From contig JALMLS010000090.1 of assembly GCA_038496445.1 (NCBI GenBank), forward strand, positions 1 to 40,634: DNA of 40,634 nucleotides, given 5' to 3'. Origin of the DNA: Trichosphaerium sp. ATCC 40318. Lineage: Eukaryota > Protista > Tubulinea. Every line of letters begins with the position of its first letter. Position 1 is the first letter of the stretch. Position numbers and translations under genes: made by a program. Below are positions 19,084-30,919 of this stretch, piece after piece. The notes under the pieces were generated by a model. It worked only from the letters and a program-made list of their open reading frames with translations, searched no databases and was not told the origin of the DNA.

Positions 19084-19134
19084 CTTAATAACACAGAAAC
19101 GTGCACCTTCTTAGAACTACCAACAACAATACAC

Positions 19135-21220
19135 ATGGAGCAGGTAAGAGTTGTTTGACGCGAATCTTGATAACACGAATTACGTTAGGGTGACGTACAT
19201 GATAGTACAAGCGCTGTAAAGGCATGGTTAGCGTCAATTAACCTATCTTCGTACTCGGAGATGTTAATTGAGAACGGTAATTACAATACTCACAAAATAC
19301 GTCCAAACTGACGGCAAAAGGCTACGATAACATGGAGATTTTCAAACGTTTGAACGAGAACGATCTTAGAGAGTTTGGAATTAAGCTCGGACACATTAGA
19401 AAAATACAACACGAGGCAGAAAAGATCTCTCTATCAACGCCAGATGTCAGTAAAAAAGAAAAACTGTACGTGAAATTTCGTTACAGTAACGCCTTACTTC
19501 GACATCTATCTGACGTTTTCTAAGAGCCAGTAAGCCAAAGAAACCAAAGAAAGCTCCAAACTCAGCTCCTATAGAACGTCGTTCCCTACCACAGTGTATG
19601 ACCCTTTTTTTCTCAATATAGTTAAACGAAAAAATTAACAAGATTTTTTTTCATCACAGGGCACTTGGAGCGTGCTAAATGCTGTCCCTCAACGCATGCC
19701 AAGAAATCACGTAAAAATAGAAAGAGAGATCCACTTTCTCTATTATTAGTAAGACATGGACACTCAGAAGCAAATGCAGGTAAGATTTGGACACAAGTTG
19801 TTTTTTTTGGTAAAAAATTGAAAGAACTCGCGTTTTTTTACGCTTGAATCTGTTTTAACTATGTCATTAGACCCGTCTCTTTATACTAAGCTTGCTGATA
19901 ATGTAATACGATTATCTGACAAGGGAAGAGAACAAGCAAGAGCTGCAGGAAAACGTATAAGGGAATACTATGAGTATGTACTTGAAACTTTTTTATTCTC
20001 TTTTCAACCTCTCCCTTTGTTACTTCTTTGGTATTTATTGAATTATAGAAATTTGCATGGACGTCTTCCCCAAAAGATTGGCTATGTTGTATATGTACAA
20101 GTCCATATAAACGTGCAGCAGAGACAACGGATCTTATTATGCAGGAAGCTGGACGTATGGAAATTAAACAAACTGATTTTTTTTCTTCTCCACTGTATTT
20201 GTTCTAAGTTGCTTTTAGCATGGATAACAAGTAAAAGAGAACAAGTATGTTTTATAGAGCAACAGTTTGGTCTATTCGAAGGTGTAGATTGGTCTTCACA
20301 GGAACTAGAAAAAGGTTTATAGTAACATGGTCTTCCTATTGATGATATTTACTTTTTTCCTAGAATACGAAAAAGAGATTGCTTACTACCGTGTACGCTT
20401 TAAACGGCCTATGCTAAAATCTTTTTCCAAAAATGCATATGAGTGACAATTTCTTTAGAAAATGAGCAAGTTCGGTGGCCGTTTCTATGCACGTGTGCCT
20501 TTGGGAGGTACTTTGGTATTTTTTGGTTTTGCAAAGTAAAGTTCTTTTTTTAGAGTCAAGGTTTGATGTTTGCTTGCGTGTATATCAGGCATTTGGTACG
20601 GTAAAACATAGTACCATATCTTGACATAGAATAGGATCTATACACAGGGACGCATGTGATGGTGTTAGCAATCAAATCATCGTGAGGTGAGTTACCTTTA
20701 AGCTTTTTATAATATTCTAACTTTTGTTGTTTAAAGCCATGGAGTTACAATGAGGGTATGTAATTAACTTCTTATTGCTTGATATATTATTCACCATTAC
20801 TAATTAACCAAGGCTATTATAATGATGTGGCAGCATAAAACTCCTGAGCACGTGAAAAAATCAAAATAAGAAAACTGTTTTTTTCTAATATTTTCATCAA
20901 AGGTGGTTTGAAGAGAGTGCTAATCCAAGTAATTGTGCAATATACGAGATAAAAGAAGACCCTTTAACAAGAGAGTACGTTTCCTCAACTTTTGTAACTC
21001 AATTGTACATACAGCACCAGGAAGAAGCTGAAACTTTTCTTTAAATGCTAGCTTGTATTCTTTTAACTAACCCTACAATAGATATAAGGAGAGACACTTA
21101 TGGGAGCCTCCAAAGGAAAAAAGTACAGGAGCAGAAGATACAAACCCCGAAGAAGAGGTTGATTTACTAAATAAGATTCCTATGGCAGCCGGTAGGAAAT
21201 CTCTGACTTCAACATGGTAA
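19135..21220 (+). CDS. SAM-domain plus histidine phosphatase (phosphoglycerate mutase family, Det1-like) protein, many introns
   Basis: SAM VKAWLASINLSSYSEMLIENGYD...LREFGIKLGHIRKI; LVRHGHSEAN; LSDKGREQA; TSPYKRA; EQQFG; RVPLGES; VSHGVTMR; NPSNC. Stop TAA at 21218-21220. Confidence 0.88.
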
Positions 21221-21371
21221 TTAAAACAAGAAACAACCAATAAAATAAAATTGACAAGATTGATTAACATAATTCAGAGCTTGAAATCAACTGAATTAGT
21301 TTATTTTTATTTGAGTCATGTGGATAGTATCCAAAAGTGGCCTGTGAAGTATGAGAATATTTGAAGGGGTG

Positions 21372-22605
21372 TCAGAACATCAGTCCATCACGTGCTTCTG
21401 TATCTGGTTCCAGTACTTCAAAATTACGATGAAACTAAAAAATAGTCTCAGTATTTGACCGTTTTATGGAATGAGGTAACAAAATATGTGTATTTAAAAA
21501 CCTCAACACTTCAAGCTTACTTTGATACTGGGTGTCTTTGACTTTATATCTCCAACTATGACTTCTTTGTTAACAAGCTTATTCTCCAGTAGCTCATCAA
21601 CATGTTTTCTAACTGCACTTTGATGATCTTGTCCGCTGTATACTCTACTCTTCCAAGTTGTTAAAACAACTATTTCATCATTTGTTACAGTCACCAAACC
21701 AATTGAACGTGCTCAATTTTTTTATAAGCTACAAGTTCTTGTTGTTTATTAATTTCTTTGGCTTACCTTGTTCTTCATAGTATTCGTAAATGGTTAGTGT
21801 GAGATGTTGAAAATAACGTTGTCCTTTGCAAACATAATCAGTCCAGTAATAAATAAACAAAGTGGTTTAACTCCGTTGAAGGTCTTTCAACAGAGATTGA
21901 AAACCCTACTTTAAGAAAACTCAGGCTTGACAGACATACCAAGAGGTAATAGCCTTATTTTACCCAAATCTATTTGTTCACCCTGCCATTCTATTGCACA
22001 TCTACAAAAACTTAGAAAAAAAGTAAGTTAACTTGCAAAGCACCTTTTTTCAACTGCTTTTACATGTTTTAGTGACAATGGGAAGTAAATCATCATTTCT
22101 GGTATAGAAGCATATTCCATCCACATTGGAACATAAGCACCTTTTGTGAGATCCTTATAGCGTCCAACTATCTTGTCAAGAGCAACATCTTTCAAATAAA
22201 TGCTCTTCCAACATGAAGACTCTGTTCTATTTTTATGTGTTTCATTGAAGCCTTAAAATAGTAAATATTAGTGGTTTGGTTTAGCTACTATTACTAGATC
22301 ATACTTGCGCTCTCAATGCAGTTCAGTATTTCCTCTCTTTTTTCGTCATAAAGTTTGTTTTTTGCTAACTTTTTAGCTTGTTGTAGTCGTTGAAGCCACC
22401 TTCTCTCGCATTTTGCTTTCCAGACGCTTGGGTGGTTATTTATATCTCTAAAACGTTTACAAACCTAAATACGTGTTAAGAAGGCGTAGATCGCTTGAGA
22501 GTTATAGTCACGCACGTGGGAGCAAGCGGTCGAAATATCATGTAAGTATTCAAATACAATGAACCAAACATCTGTAGGTATAGTTGGTTCGTTATTGAGC
22601 TCCAT
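21372..22605 (-). CDS. F-box domain protein, multi-exon
   Basis: Spliced N-terminus MELNNEPTIPTDVWFIVFEYLHDISTACSHVCKRFRDINNHPSVWKAKC; GT-AG introns throughout. Confidence 0.7.
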
Positions 22606-22839
22606 TGGTGTTAATTATTAGCGCACTTGTGCATGTTGTTTCGCAATAAGTCAGATGAGCGGTCTTATCCATTTCCAAAGGAACGTACCATCTTGGGACA
22701 TAACACACCAATACTAATATAACTCTTACGGCAATGTTTGGGTCAAGGTAAAGAGATGCATTCCAGCTGACGTCGCTTTTTCACTGAATTAATGTTTAAA
22801 ACTTCTTTTTGCCATCGTTTAACCCACAACGCATCTACT

Positions 22840-24033
22840 ATGGGTAACACGTTCGCAAGTATGTTCAGTTATGCACCAGAGAATAGTCGGATATTCTTAC
22901 ATGGCTTAGATGGTTCTGGAAAGGTACTACAGCGTGTTAGTGCGAATAGCGCTTCTTTTGCTATAAAAAAACGCTCTCATTAGCTCGCCATTGCAAGCTT
23001 TTTCACAAGTTGCTGCAACCGTTTGTGCGCATACTCACGTGCTGTTTTTTTAGACAACATTGTTGTACAAGCTTAAAGTACGAGAAACGCCAGAGATTAT
23101 TTTTTTTGACCTTCGAAAATCAGATGGGTGAAATTGTGACAACATTGCCGACTGTAGGGTTCAACGTTGAAACAGTTCAATACAAAAATACTGAATTCGT
23201 ATCATTGAGCATTGGTACGTATAATAATAATCTTCTATCAAAAAAAACGAACTAAGTTCTTTGTTAACAAGGTGGGAGACTAATGGCACGTGATATAATT
23301 TTGCGTGAAAATTGTACCAATTCCCTGTAATTTTATTTGTTGTCGGTCTAGTAATATGACCTGTGTGATGAGTAAGAAGTTGATGTGATGAACAGCGTTA
23401 GATAAAGAAATATGTCATCTGTAGCAATTAACAACTGAAATACTTACATACTGTGTTCTAGATGCGAAGATTGGTGCGGTATTATTATAGAAAAGGTACA
23501 TGGGATAGCTTGATTGTAACTATCTAACATAGCATCTAAGGAGTGTCTGGTTTGATATACATCTTGGATTCAAGCAACAAGACACGTTTGACAGAGTTAA
23601 AGTATGAAATAGACAAAAATACTGAGTACTTCAAAGAAGAATTTAAAGGTATTCCAGTTCTCATACTTGCAAACAAGCAAGGTACACCATGCTATTTGAA
23701 AACTCAATTATGTTCTAACATTCATGTGTAATAGACTTACCAAATGCAATGAGTGTTTTAGAGGCAAGTACTTTTACAACATGACAGTTTTCTTTTTGTT
23801 TCAAACGTTTCTAAGCCTTCTTCAAGATTGTGGAGGGTTTGGGTCTCTATAGCCGTTCTGCTAAATGGTTCATTCAAGAATGTTCTGCTTTGTCAGGCGA
23901 GGGAGTTCATGAGGTATAAATATTAGCTAATTTAGAACTGTGTAATTGACTTACCAAACAGGGCTTGGATTGGCTGAATAATCAAATGAAACAATGTACA
24001 CCTTATAGGTACACAAAACCAGAACATGCTTAG
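22840..24033 (+). CDS. ADP-ribosylation factor (ARF/ARL) family small GTPase, divergent G3 motif, 8 introns
   Basis: MGNTF (myristoylatable Gly2), GLDGSGKTT, PTVGFNVETV, LSIGGR in place of WDVGGQ, ANKQDLP, CSALSGEGVHEGLDWL. Confidence 0.9.
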
Positions 24034-24143
24034 TATTTAGATAAATAAAAAAACTTTATTTGCAACATGCCGTGTTAGGTTTAGACTAAGTTCTTGTTTC
24101 CTTACAAAAATCCTTATGGATGTGTTACAAAAGCTTGTCTTAA

Positions 24144-24280
24144 ACTGTATTGCAAGGCTTGAAGCCTTATCAGTATATCTGTGCTTGTACCTTTGAGCGC
24201 TCTGAACTTTCATCATTCACTTGACTACAGCTTTGAATGCCACCAGCCAGTGCTTTTAAGCCTCCATTTGTCTACAATGA
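24144..24280. pseudogene. Decayed fragments of the same LRR family as 1-1272
   Basis: 24144-24174 matches 1223-1253 at 28 of 31 bases. The minus strand of ~24185-24275 reads TNGGLKALAG and VNDES/RALKGT with frameshifts. Confidence 0.6.
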
Positions 24281-24491
24281 CTGATAACAATATACTAACT
24301 GATTAATTTTCAAATCACCATCGTGAATTATCAGCCACGATTGAGCAACATAAAATCTATCCTCGGCATCCTTCAAAGTTTAGTGAGTATTGTTAACCTA
24401 CATACTGTGATGTTGTAAGCAAATTATTTCGCTTTTATTTTCCCGATTTATTTACCATCAACTTACGCTTTGTGCACAACGAACTATTGGA

Positions 24492-24998
24492 ATGAAAGCA
24501 GTGCCAACAGCTTCAAAGTCAGTAGTGTACATGTTTACGATGGCAGAGAGATTGAAACATAATTATTATCATAAAGAGACATCAGACAGTTTAGATGCTA
24601 TGAAGAAAGTATCTTCTTCTAGGTCTCTTCTCTGCAGATTTAAGAAATTAGGCGATAATATACAAACCTCTGAGCCTTTGTTGGCTAGGATGTATGTGTT
24701 CTTGTTGTATTACAGTAATAATGAGAAAAACGAATTAATCGGATTTATCAAAGAACTACTGTTGTATTTGAGGACTAACAAAATCTCCCTTAGCAGAAGG
24801 GACCAACAAGACAAAGCTCATATGCTTTTATTTGGGATAATCATGATCGGCAGTTTTTTGAAGCGAAACAAAAATATTGTTCGACATGAACGTGATTTCA
24901 CGAAATACATACACTATCGTCACTTTGTGATGAGCTCACGCCATACTATTGGGAAAAACAAACGCCACAGCGCTGAAAGCCATCTATTTACTGAGTAA
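24492..24998 (+). CDS. Hypothetical protein (168 aa)
   Basis: Long ATG-initiated ORF; no recognisable motif. Confidence 0.45.
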   Translation: MKAVPTASKSVVYMFTMAERLKHNYYHKETSDSLDAMKKVSSSRSLLCRFKKLGDNIQTSEPLLARMYVFLLYYSNNEKNELIGFIKELLLYLRTNKISLSRRDQQDKAHMLLFGIIMIGSFLKRNKNIVRHERDFTKYIHYRHFVMSSRHTIGKNKRHSAESHLFTE

Positions 24999-25397
24999 CG
25001 GCGTTCCATGAGTCGTTTTCAGGGTTTAGTCAGAATTTCTCTGTTTTTGCTCTACGTAAAACATGACTGTAATTAGTCTTATTGTTTTAACAACGCAACC
25101 TTACTGCGTCGCCAATGGTTTTCCTTCAGTATAATCCACTTTTAGTTATGTAAATAAAATAAAAAAAAAACAAGAGTAAGTGCATCTTGATAATATTATT
25201 GGTCACGTGATTAAAACTAAAACGCGACAAAAAAAAGTATCGAAATCTCGAAACAAAAAATCAAAATAACATTTCCCAATCAGAAGCGACTTTTATACAA
25301 GTAGACGCGTATAGATACAGACTAAAGACAGGGAAAAAATAATACGCCGGTGTAGTAAGTGAACAAGTTTTTATTTTTTTTATGTTGGAAAAACAGC

Positions 25398-25961
25398 TTA
25401 GGAAGCAAGTGTAGTAGATTCAGTACAAAGGTGAGGCCACCCATAATCGTAGGTAATACCAGACCAACTGGGGCTTAAATTGAAATCTTTGCACTCCCCG
25501 CGGTCCATAAACCATAACATTTGCCTGTTGCAATCGGTGCAAAAATTATCGCAAACTACATTAGGATAGGTTCCAACGCATTTGAAAAGGTCTAAATGTC
25601 TAAGGGGTGCACCGTGTGTTTGGTGTGATACCCATCGCGCCTTCCAAGGTTGGGGTGGATTATCTCTACCAGGAGCGCAATCCATATACTCAAAGAACTC
25701 TGAATCTGGAGTGGGTTGAGCAGAATAGTAGCCGTTGTGTGGAACTATGAACCCACTAAAAAGAGCTCTCGTTGAAACGCCATATCCAGGGCATTCTGAT
25801 GGAAAAATGAGTCTACCTTCTGCTGGGTTGTGAGAATCAGCCTGAATCCCTGTTGTACATGCACCGTCTGATGCGAAGGGCATTACGCCTGTAGGATTGC
25901 CGGTACACGCGTGAGATACTGATACGTATAGGGCCAGTAATAGAACCAATAGTACGCGCAT
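25398..25961 (-). CDS. Secreted cysteine-rich protein (187 aa), unknown function
   Basis: Signal peptide MRVLLVLLLALYVSVSHA, ten Cys, intronless, higher GC than its flanks. Confidence 0.8.
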   Translation of the reverse strand: MRVLLVLLLALYVSVSHACTGNPTGVMPFASDGACTTGIQADSHNPAEGRLIFPSECPGYGVSTRALFSGFIVPHNGYYSAQPTPDSEFFEYMDCAPGRDNPPQPWKARWVSHQTHGAPLRHLDLFKCVGTYPNVVCDNFCTDCNRQMLWFMDRGECKDFNLSPSWSGITYDYGWPHLCTESTTLAS

Positions 25962-26319
25962 TTCGTTTGTTGTAAGGAGAAGGTGCGTTGTTAGTTGTTT
26001 GTTTACTTTAATGTTTTTTTGGAAGTTTTCTTAAGCGTTCTCGCTAGCGTTAGTGCACGATAACAAAGTTTGTGAAACATAACGCTACCATTTTTTCCGG
26101 CCTGTATTTTATGTGTTAGTAAAATAATTCTCTATATGGTGAAGCCTTTAATTCTTCTTCCAAAAAAAAATCCAAAAAAAAAAAAAAAAAAGAATTGAAA
26201 AACATTGTTGCGGTAAGGTAGTAGTTTATTAAACGCGCGTTGTACGAGTGGCGTTTAAACATATAGCGTATTTTAGCTTTGGTGAATCTAAAGATTGAAC
26301 AAACTTTTGTGTGCAATTC

Positions 26320-27250
26320 TTAAACCACAAACTCGAACGAGTCCGTTATTAAATCGTCAACGACGCCTGCGTTAGCGCTTACCTAAGTGTTCCAGCAATT
26401 TCCGAGAGAATTGCGACTATTACGCTTCAAAACCTTCGAAAACGGTTTAAAACAGTCACGTGATTAATTATAAATGTTTTACGTAAACGAAAAAAACTGG
26501 AAACCAAAACGGAAGGCCTCAGCAGAATTGCAGTTTACCTTTTTTTTGGTTAAGGTAAAAACCTTGTTAGACCCTCTCCCTGCATTTGTTTCAAGCAATA
26601 TTAGGTCCTCGGGATACGAAGGACAAACGTAGAAACGCTCGTAAAAACAAAACGCAAAAAAAAAAAAAACTATTAAAAAAGTGCACTTACCTAATGCGTT
26701 CATAAAACGCTTTACAAAGCCAGTTGTTTGCACTACCAAATCATTTTTGTGCAATCTCGTCCTATCCCGGTACAAATCTGTTTTGGGCGAAGTGCAGTAT
26801 TTTCAAACAAATTATTGGCTTCTTTGTTCTTTGTGTTCTTTTTATTCTTATAACGTTATTAGTTTTTTAATATGCTGTTTAAAACATACATCACGTGACG
26901 TGACAGGCAACGTACTATTATAATTTTTGTACTACCGCAAGGAAATTTCTCCTAACACAACGTAATAGCGGAGAAAATAATTAGCGTAATGAAAAAAACG
27001 AGCAAAGCTTGTAGTAGTTGGTACCTTGCTCAGATCTATTTCCCAAAACTGCACTGTGTCGCATATGTATGCTTTATATAATGCAGGTGGATCAACGAAA
27101 AGCCAATCAGAATAAATAAGGTGAGCGCACATCTATAATACTGCACTTTGTTTTAATCTCGCTATAATCGGAATACTCAAGTTAAACGGTTTGCACAAAC
27201 TGCACGGTTTTTATTGTTCTAGTTGTGCAAATGTCACGCTCTCAAGCATC
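26320..27250 (-). other. Probable multi-exon (possibly degraded) gene of unknown function
   Basis: Exon-like blocks (e.g. ORFs 26932-27132 and 26479-26775) end at GT donors followed by T-rich intron-like tracts. No complete stop-free model could be built. Confidence 0.3.
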
Positions 27251-28542
27251 ATTAACACCTGTTGTAGGGTTTTAGCGAAACCACATGAAAAAAAAATTAA
27301 AAAAAACGTTTCGTTTGTTTTGGGAACTATTTTACGCGCCGGGCACGTGATTTTTAGTACTAAGTTACTGCACCAAAGAGAAAAAAAAAAGTAGCGTACA
27401 CTTTGCGCTCATATCTTTGAACAACGCCTGTTTTTGACACTACTATGTCAAGTAAGGAGAATGCAGCTGTTTCTAACCTTTTCGCGAACATGTATTTTTT
27501 TTTTCATTTGGGAAAACGCTTACGCAGGCTAACCACTTGTACCTCTCATCGCATTACTTCTATTCATACACGATTGTAGGATATGAAAGCGGTGAAAACA
27601 CATACCCAACAGTGTTCTAAAAACACGCTAGCGCTCTTCCACATATCAAAACGATGAATAAAAGTTTATGGCCGTTCGTAACATTAGTCTTGGGGTTTCT
27701 GAATCTACCTGCTACGAACGTCAATCAAATCACTAGCTAGTGCATACCATTAGTGGTAGCGGACGGTACAACACCTTTTTTCCAAAAGGAATCAAATGAA
27801 TAGTCTTCATTTCTTGTGTGAATACACCAGTTCGCCTTCATCACGACCCTATGGTAGTATGCTCTGTAATGAAACAGACTTCGTCACTACGAACAGAGCG
27901 CTTCGAAACAGAAAAACTGGATAGGGACGTCCCTATCGTTTTCACCTTGGACGACGCCAATGCATAGATATGGCCGATCGATATGTGTGATAAGTGTTGT
28001 TTTTAATAAAGGTGTATGCTTTGAGACATTTTGAAAGATGCACCAAGAAACCAAAAATTGAAAGGGCCAGCTTGCGGTGTTATGTCCCTGATACGCTAAA
28101 AAACAAATTCACATGTAGTTTTAGCTATCACGTGTTTTTTACCCAGCTAGCCTGGTATGTCCATCTCCAAATGTCATATTTAACCGACGCATTCTTTGGA
28201 GATTGTGAGGATGTACTCCAAATTCAATATTTAGTAAAACGGTGCATCAACGCTCATGTTTTTTGCGAGTATGACAAACTTTCTGAATTTGCTAGAATTA
28301 GGTTACTGTTTATTGCATGAACGTTAACGGGTGACACAACAGGTGAGAACATGTCCGTTAGCCGTGAGGTAATTGCATCCTTTAACAGCGCAAGACATTT
28401 ATAATACTCGAGTAGTATCTCATTGGCACTATTAGTTCTTGCAAGGTGTTTACATCTTTTTAAAACAATGATAAGAATCAAATCATTTTGGTTAAAATTA
28501 ATCAGTTTATTCATAAAGCTAGACGTATTGTTGACAACAATG

Positions 28543-29875
28543 TCACATATACTCGCTCATATCTGCAATAATACCTGTAGCTTTTCTTGCTTTATGACTT
28601 GTAATTTTTATGCTATCACATGCACTGTCAAGAGCAACAAAGAAATACCATTTTTTCTTTCTTTTATTTTTCTTACTTTTTGGAAGTGGAAACCTCGCTA
28701 GGAATAAATATTATATTCATTTCAAGGAAAGTACAAATCTTGTACCAACTTCATATCTATTAAGGTAGAAAGAAACTTGCTTTTTATCAAGTTCTAAACA
28801 AACGCCAACCATGTCTCCTTCATTAAAAACAATCTCATTCTGAGTAGTTGCAGTACATTTCCCCATCCATTCAAAAGTTGTTACTTTCAGCTCACTACAG
28901 AAAAAGATTAAGGCAATTTGAAGAAAGTCGTGGCTGGCATTCAATGTTTATAAACTGACTCTTTTCAATTACCCGTCATAAAAGGCAATAGTGCTCGCGT
29001 GATTTTGAACATTTACATTCTTCTATCATAAAATGGGTTAGCTGCAGGTAAAAAACAAACAGGACGGTATTCGCCATTATGTTGTTGTTGAATTTCAAAC
29101 AAGTTTTCTAGTGCATGATTTTGAATTGGACACTTTTTATGTTGTACCTTTGATAAAGCCCTTCTATTGTTAGTGACACCAATCCACATGTCATCTTCTT
29201 TGTTATTTATATGAAACTCTATATATTTATTTCCCTGACCAATGGATGGAAGCACAATAGACACTACTGGGCCACTTTGAGATTTTCTTCTTGAAACTCT
29301 TTTACTTGGCTTCTTCAAATGATAATATAGAGAATCTCTATTTAAAGTAGAATCAAATCTAGGTGTTGAAATCTATTGTAATATTAGTGCATAGAGCATC
29401 AAGAAAGAATGAGTATTCTAGAGTCTCTGCTTGAGATGAATTGAACTTTTCTTCATGAACTGACAAAAAATTTTCGATGTTGACTGTTGTTGGAGTTCAC
29501 GTATGTACACGTTTTTCCAAACGTGCTACCTATTTTACATAGATGTACCATAGATTTGTAGTAATTCTTCCATGACATTCCATCCTTTCTTTTAGTTTTT
29601 AGTGGAGATAAAAAACCTACAACATTGTTTGTGTTGGAATCCATCAAAGAAAAAATAAAAAGAGGTGAGTTTGTCGTATACTTTCACACAATGACCGCCA
29701 TTTGTTATCATCATTTGATATATTGTACCAGTACTTTGATACTACCATAGTTTTTGGTAATACGTGACCTGGTAGAAAGCCAATGATGATTAACTGTATT
29801 TCGGGTGGCAAACCTTTGTTATTGGCTTAAAAAAGTTGTATTTGTGCCGATGGTCAGCGTACTTGCGAAATCCAT
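28543..29875 (-). CDS. F-box plus SPRY/B30.2 domain protein
   Basis: MDFASLPPEIQLIIIGFLPGHVLPKTMVVSKYWYNISNDDNKWRSLC (F-box); YIEFHI...MWIGVT and FNEGDMVGVCLELDKKQVSFYLN (SPRY). Confidence 0.82.
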
Positions 29876-30258
29876 GCTTGGCTACCATTGTTCAATGTCA
29901 AGAGTATTCACCTACGATTTGCGAGTTATTTTTAGCGAATCAGTTAACGATTTACCGCTGAGCTGGAAACCGGTTTTTTAAGACGTGGCGTTTACTAAAC
30001 GTGTTCACTCTTTCCCGTGGCATTTGTATTGGCGTTTCATGCCTATCTCGTTCTCTATAGGTTAACACTCCAGCTCGTTTTTGAAGTCCGAAATTCAGTG
30101 ATTTTACAAAGTTTTCGCAGAAGTTAAACGAAAAACTACGTTTTTTGACGAATTTTTCATTTACATTTTGTGCTACCAAGGGCAATGCGAGGCACAAGTT
30201 AAAAACAAATAACATTGCTAGTATCAGCTACGTTCGGGTGCATGTAGAGAGCAGTCAC

Positions 30259-30658
30259 ATGAATGAAAAAAGTAGTTCCAAGGTGTTTTTTGATTGGAAA
30301 CCTTTTACGAAATGCTCTGATAATCCGACAAACCCCAAGCAAGCCAGTGTAATAAAACTGAAGCCGTATGTTGCGGAGTACGTTCAGGTTGCCCCAATCT
30401 AACAAGTTAACAGATACTAGCCCTCCACAAGATAAGAAATCTCAAAGTGAAGTGACGGTTTTAAGGCAGCCTTCGGAGCTATTACTACAAGCTATTAAGT
30501 CGAGAAGAAAAGAATTGTCAAGGATGAACCGACTAAATCCCTTTAAGAATGATGTTCCGAGGTTTACAAGGCTTAGTGGATTCAAGAAAAAAGTAAAGAG
30601 CAGGACAGAACACAGATACTCTTTGAGAGTCCAAACGATAACTGCACCAAAAAAATAA
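30259..30658 (+). CDS. Small basic hypothetical protein; join between two overlapping ORFs unresolved
   Basis: Overlapping ORFs 30145-30402 and 30368-30658; AATAAA overlaps the final stop. Confidence 0.3.
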
Positions 30659-30919
30659 ATGTATTTTTAGATTAAACAATTTTAACACCCTTGAAAGCGT
30701 TGACTACAATAACAGTGTTATGCTACGACAACGAAACCATTGATACAAGGTGGAAGACCAATAAGTATCTTTCTTAGCCTACCATTTCAGCTACAATACC
30801 AAGTTGTTGTGGTCACTTAAATGTCCTCTACCGATCTTAACTACTTTGCATATCAACCTTTCTATAATACAAGATTACTTGAAACTACACGTTTCAAAAT
30901 TATCATTTATTTATGTACA

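Noticed and set aside
26161-26191. Long A-run as a retrocopy tail
   Set aside because: No flanking TSD or associated sense-strand ORF; A/T tracts are common in local introns and intergenic DNA.
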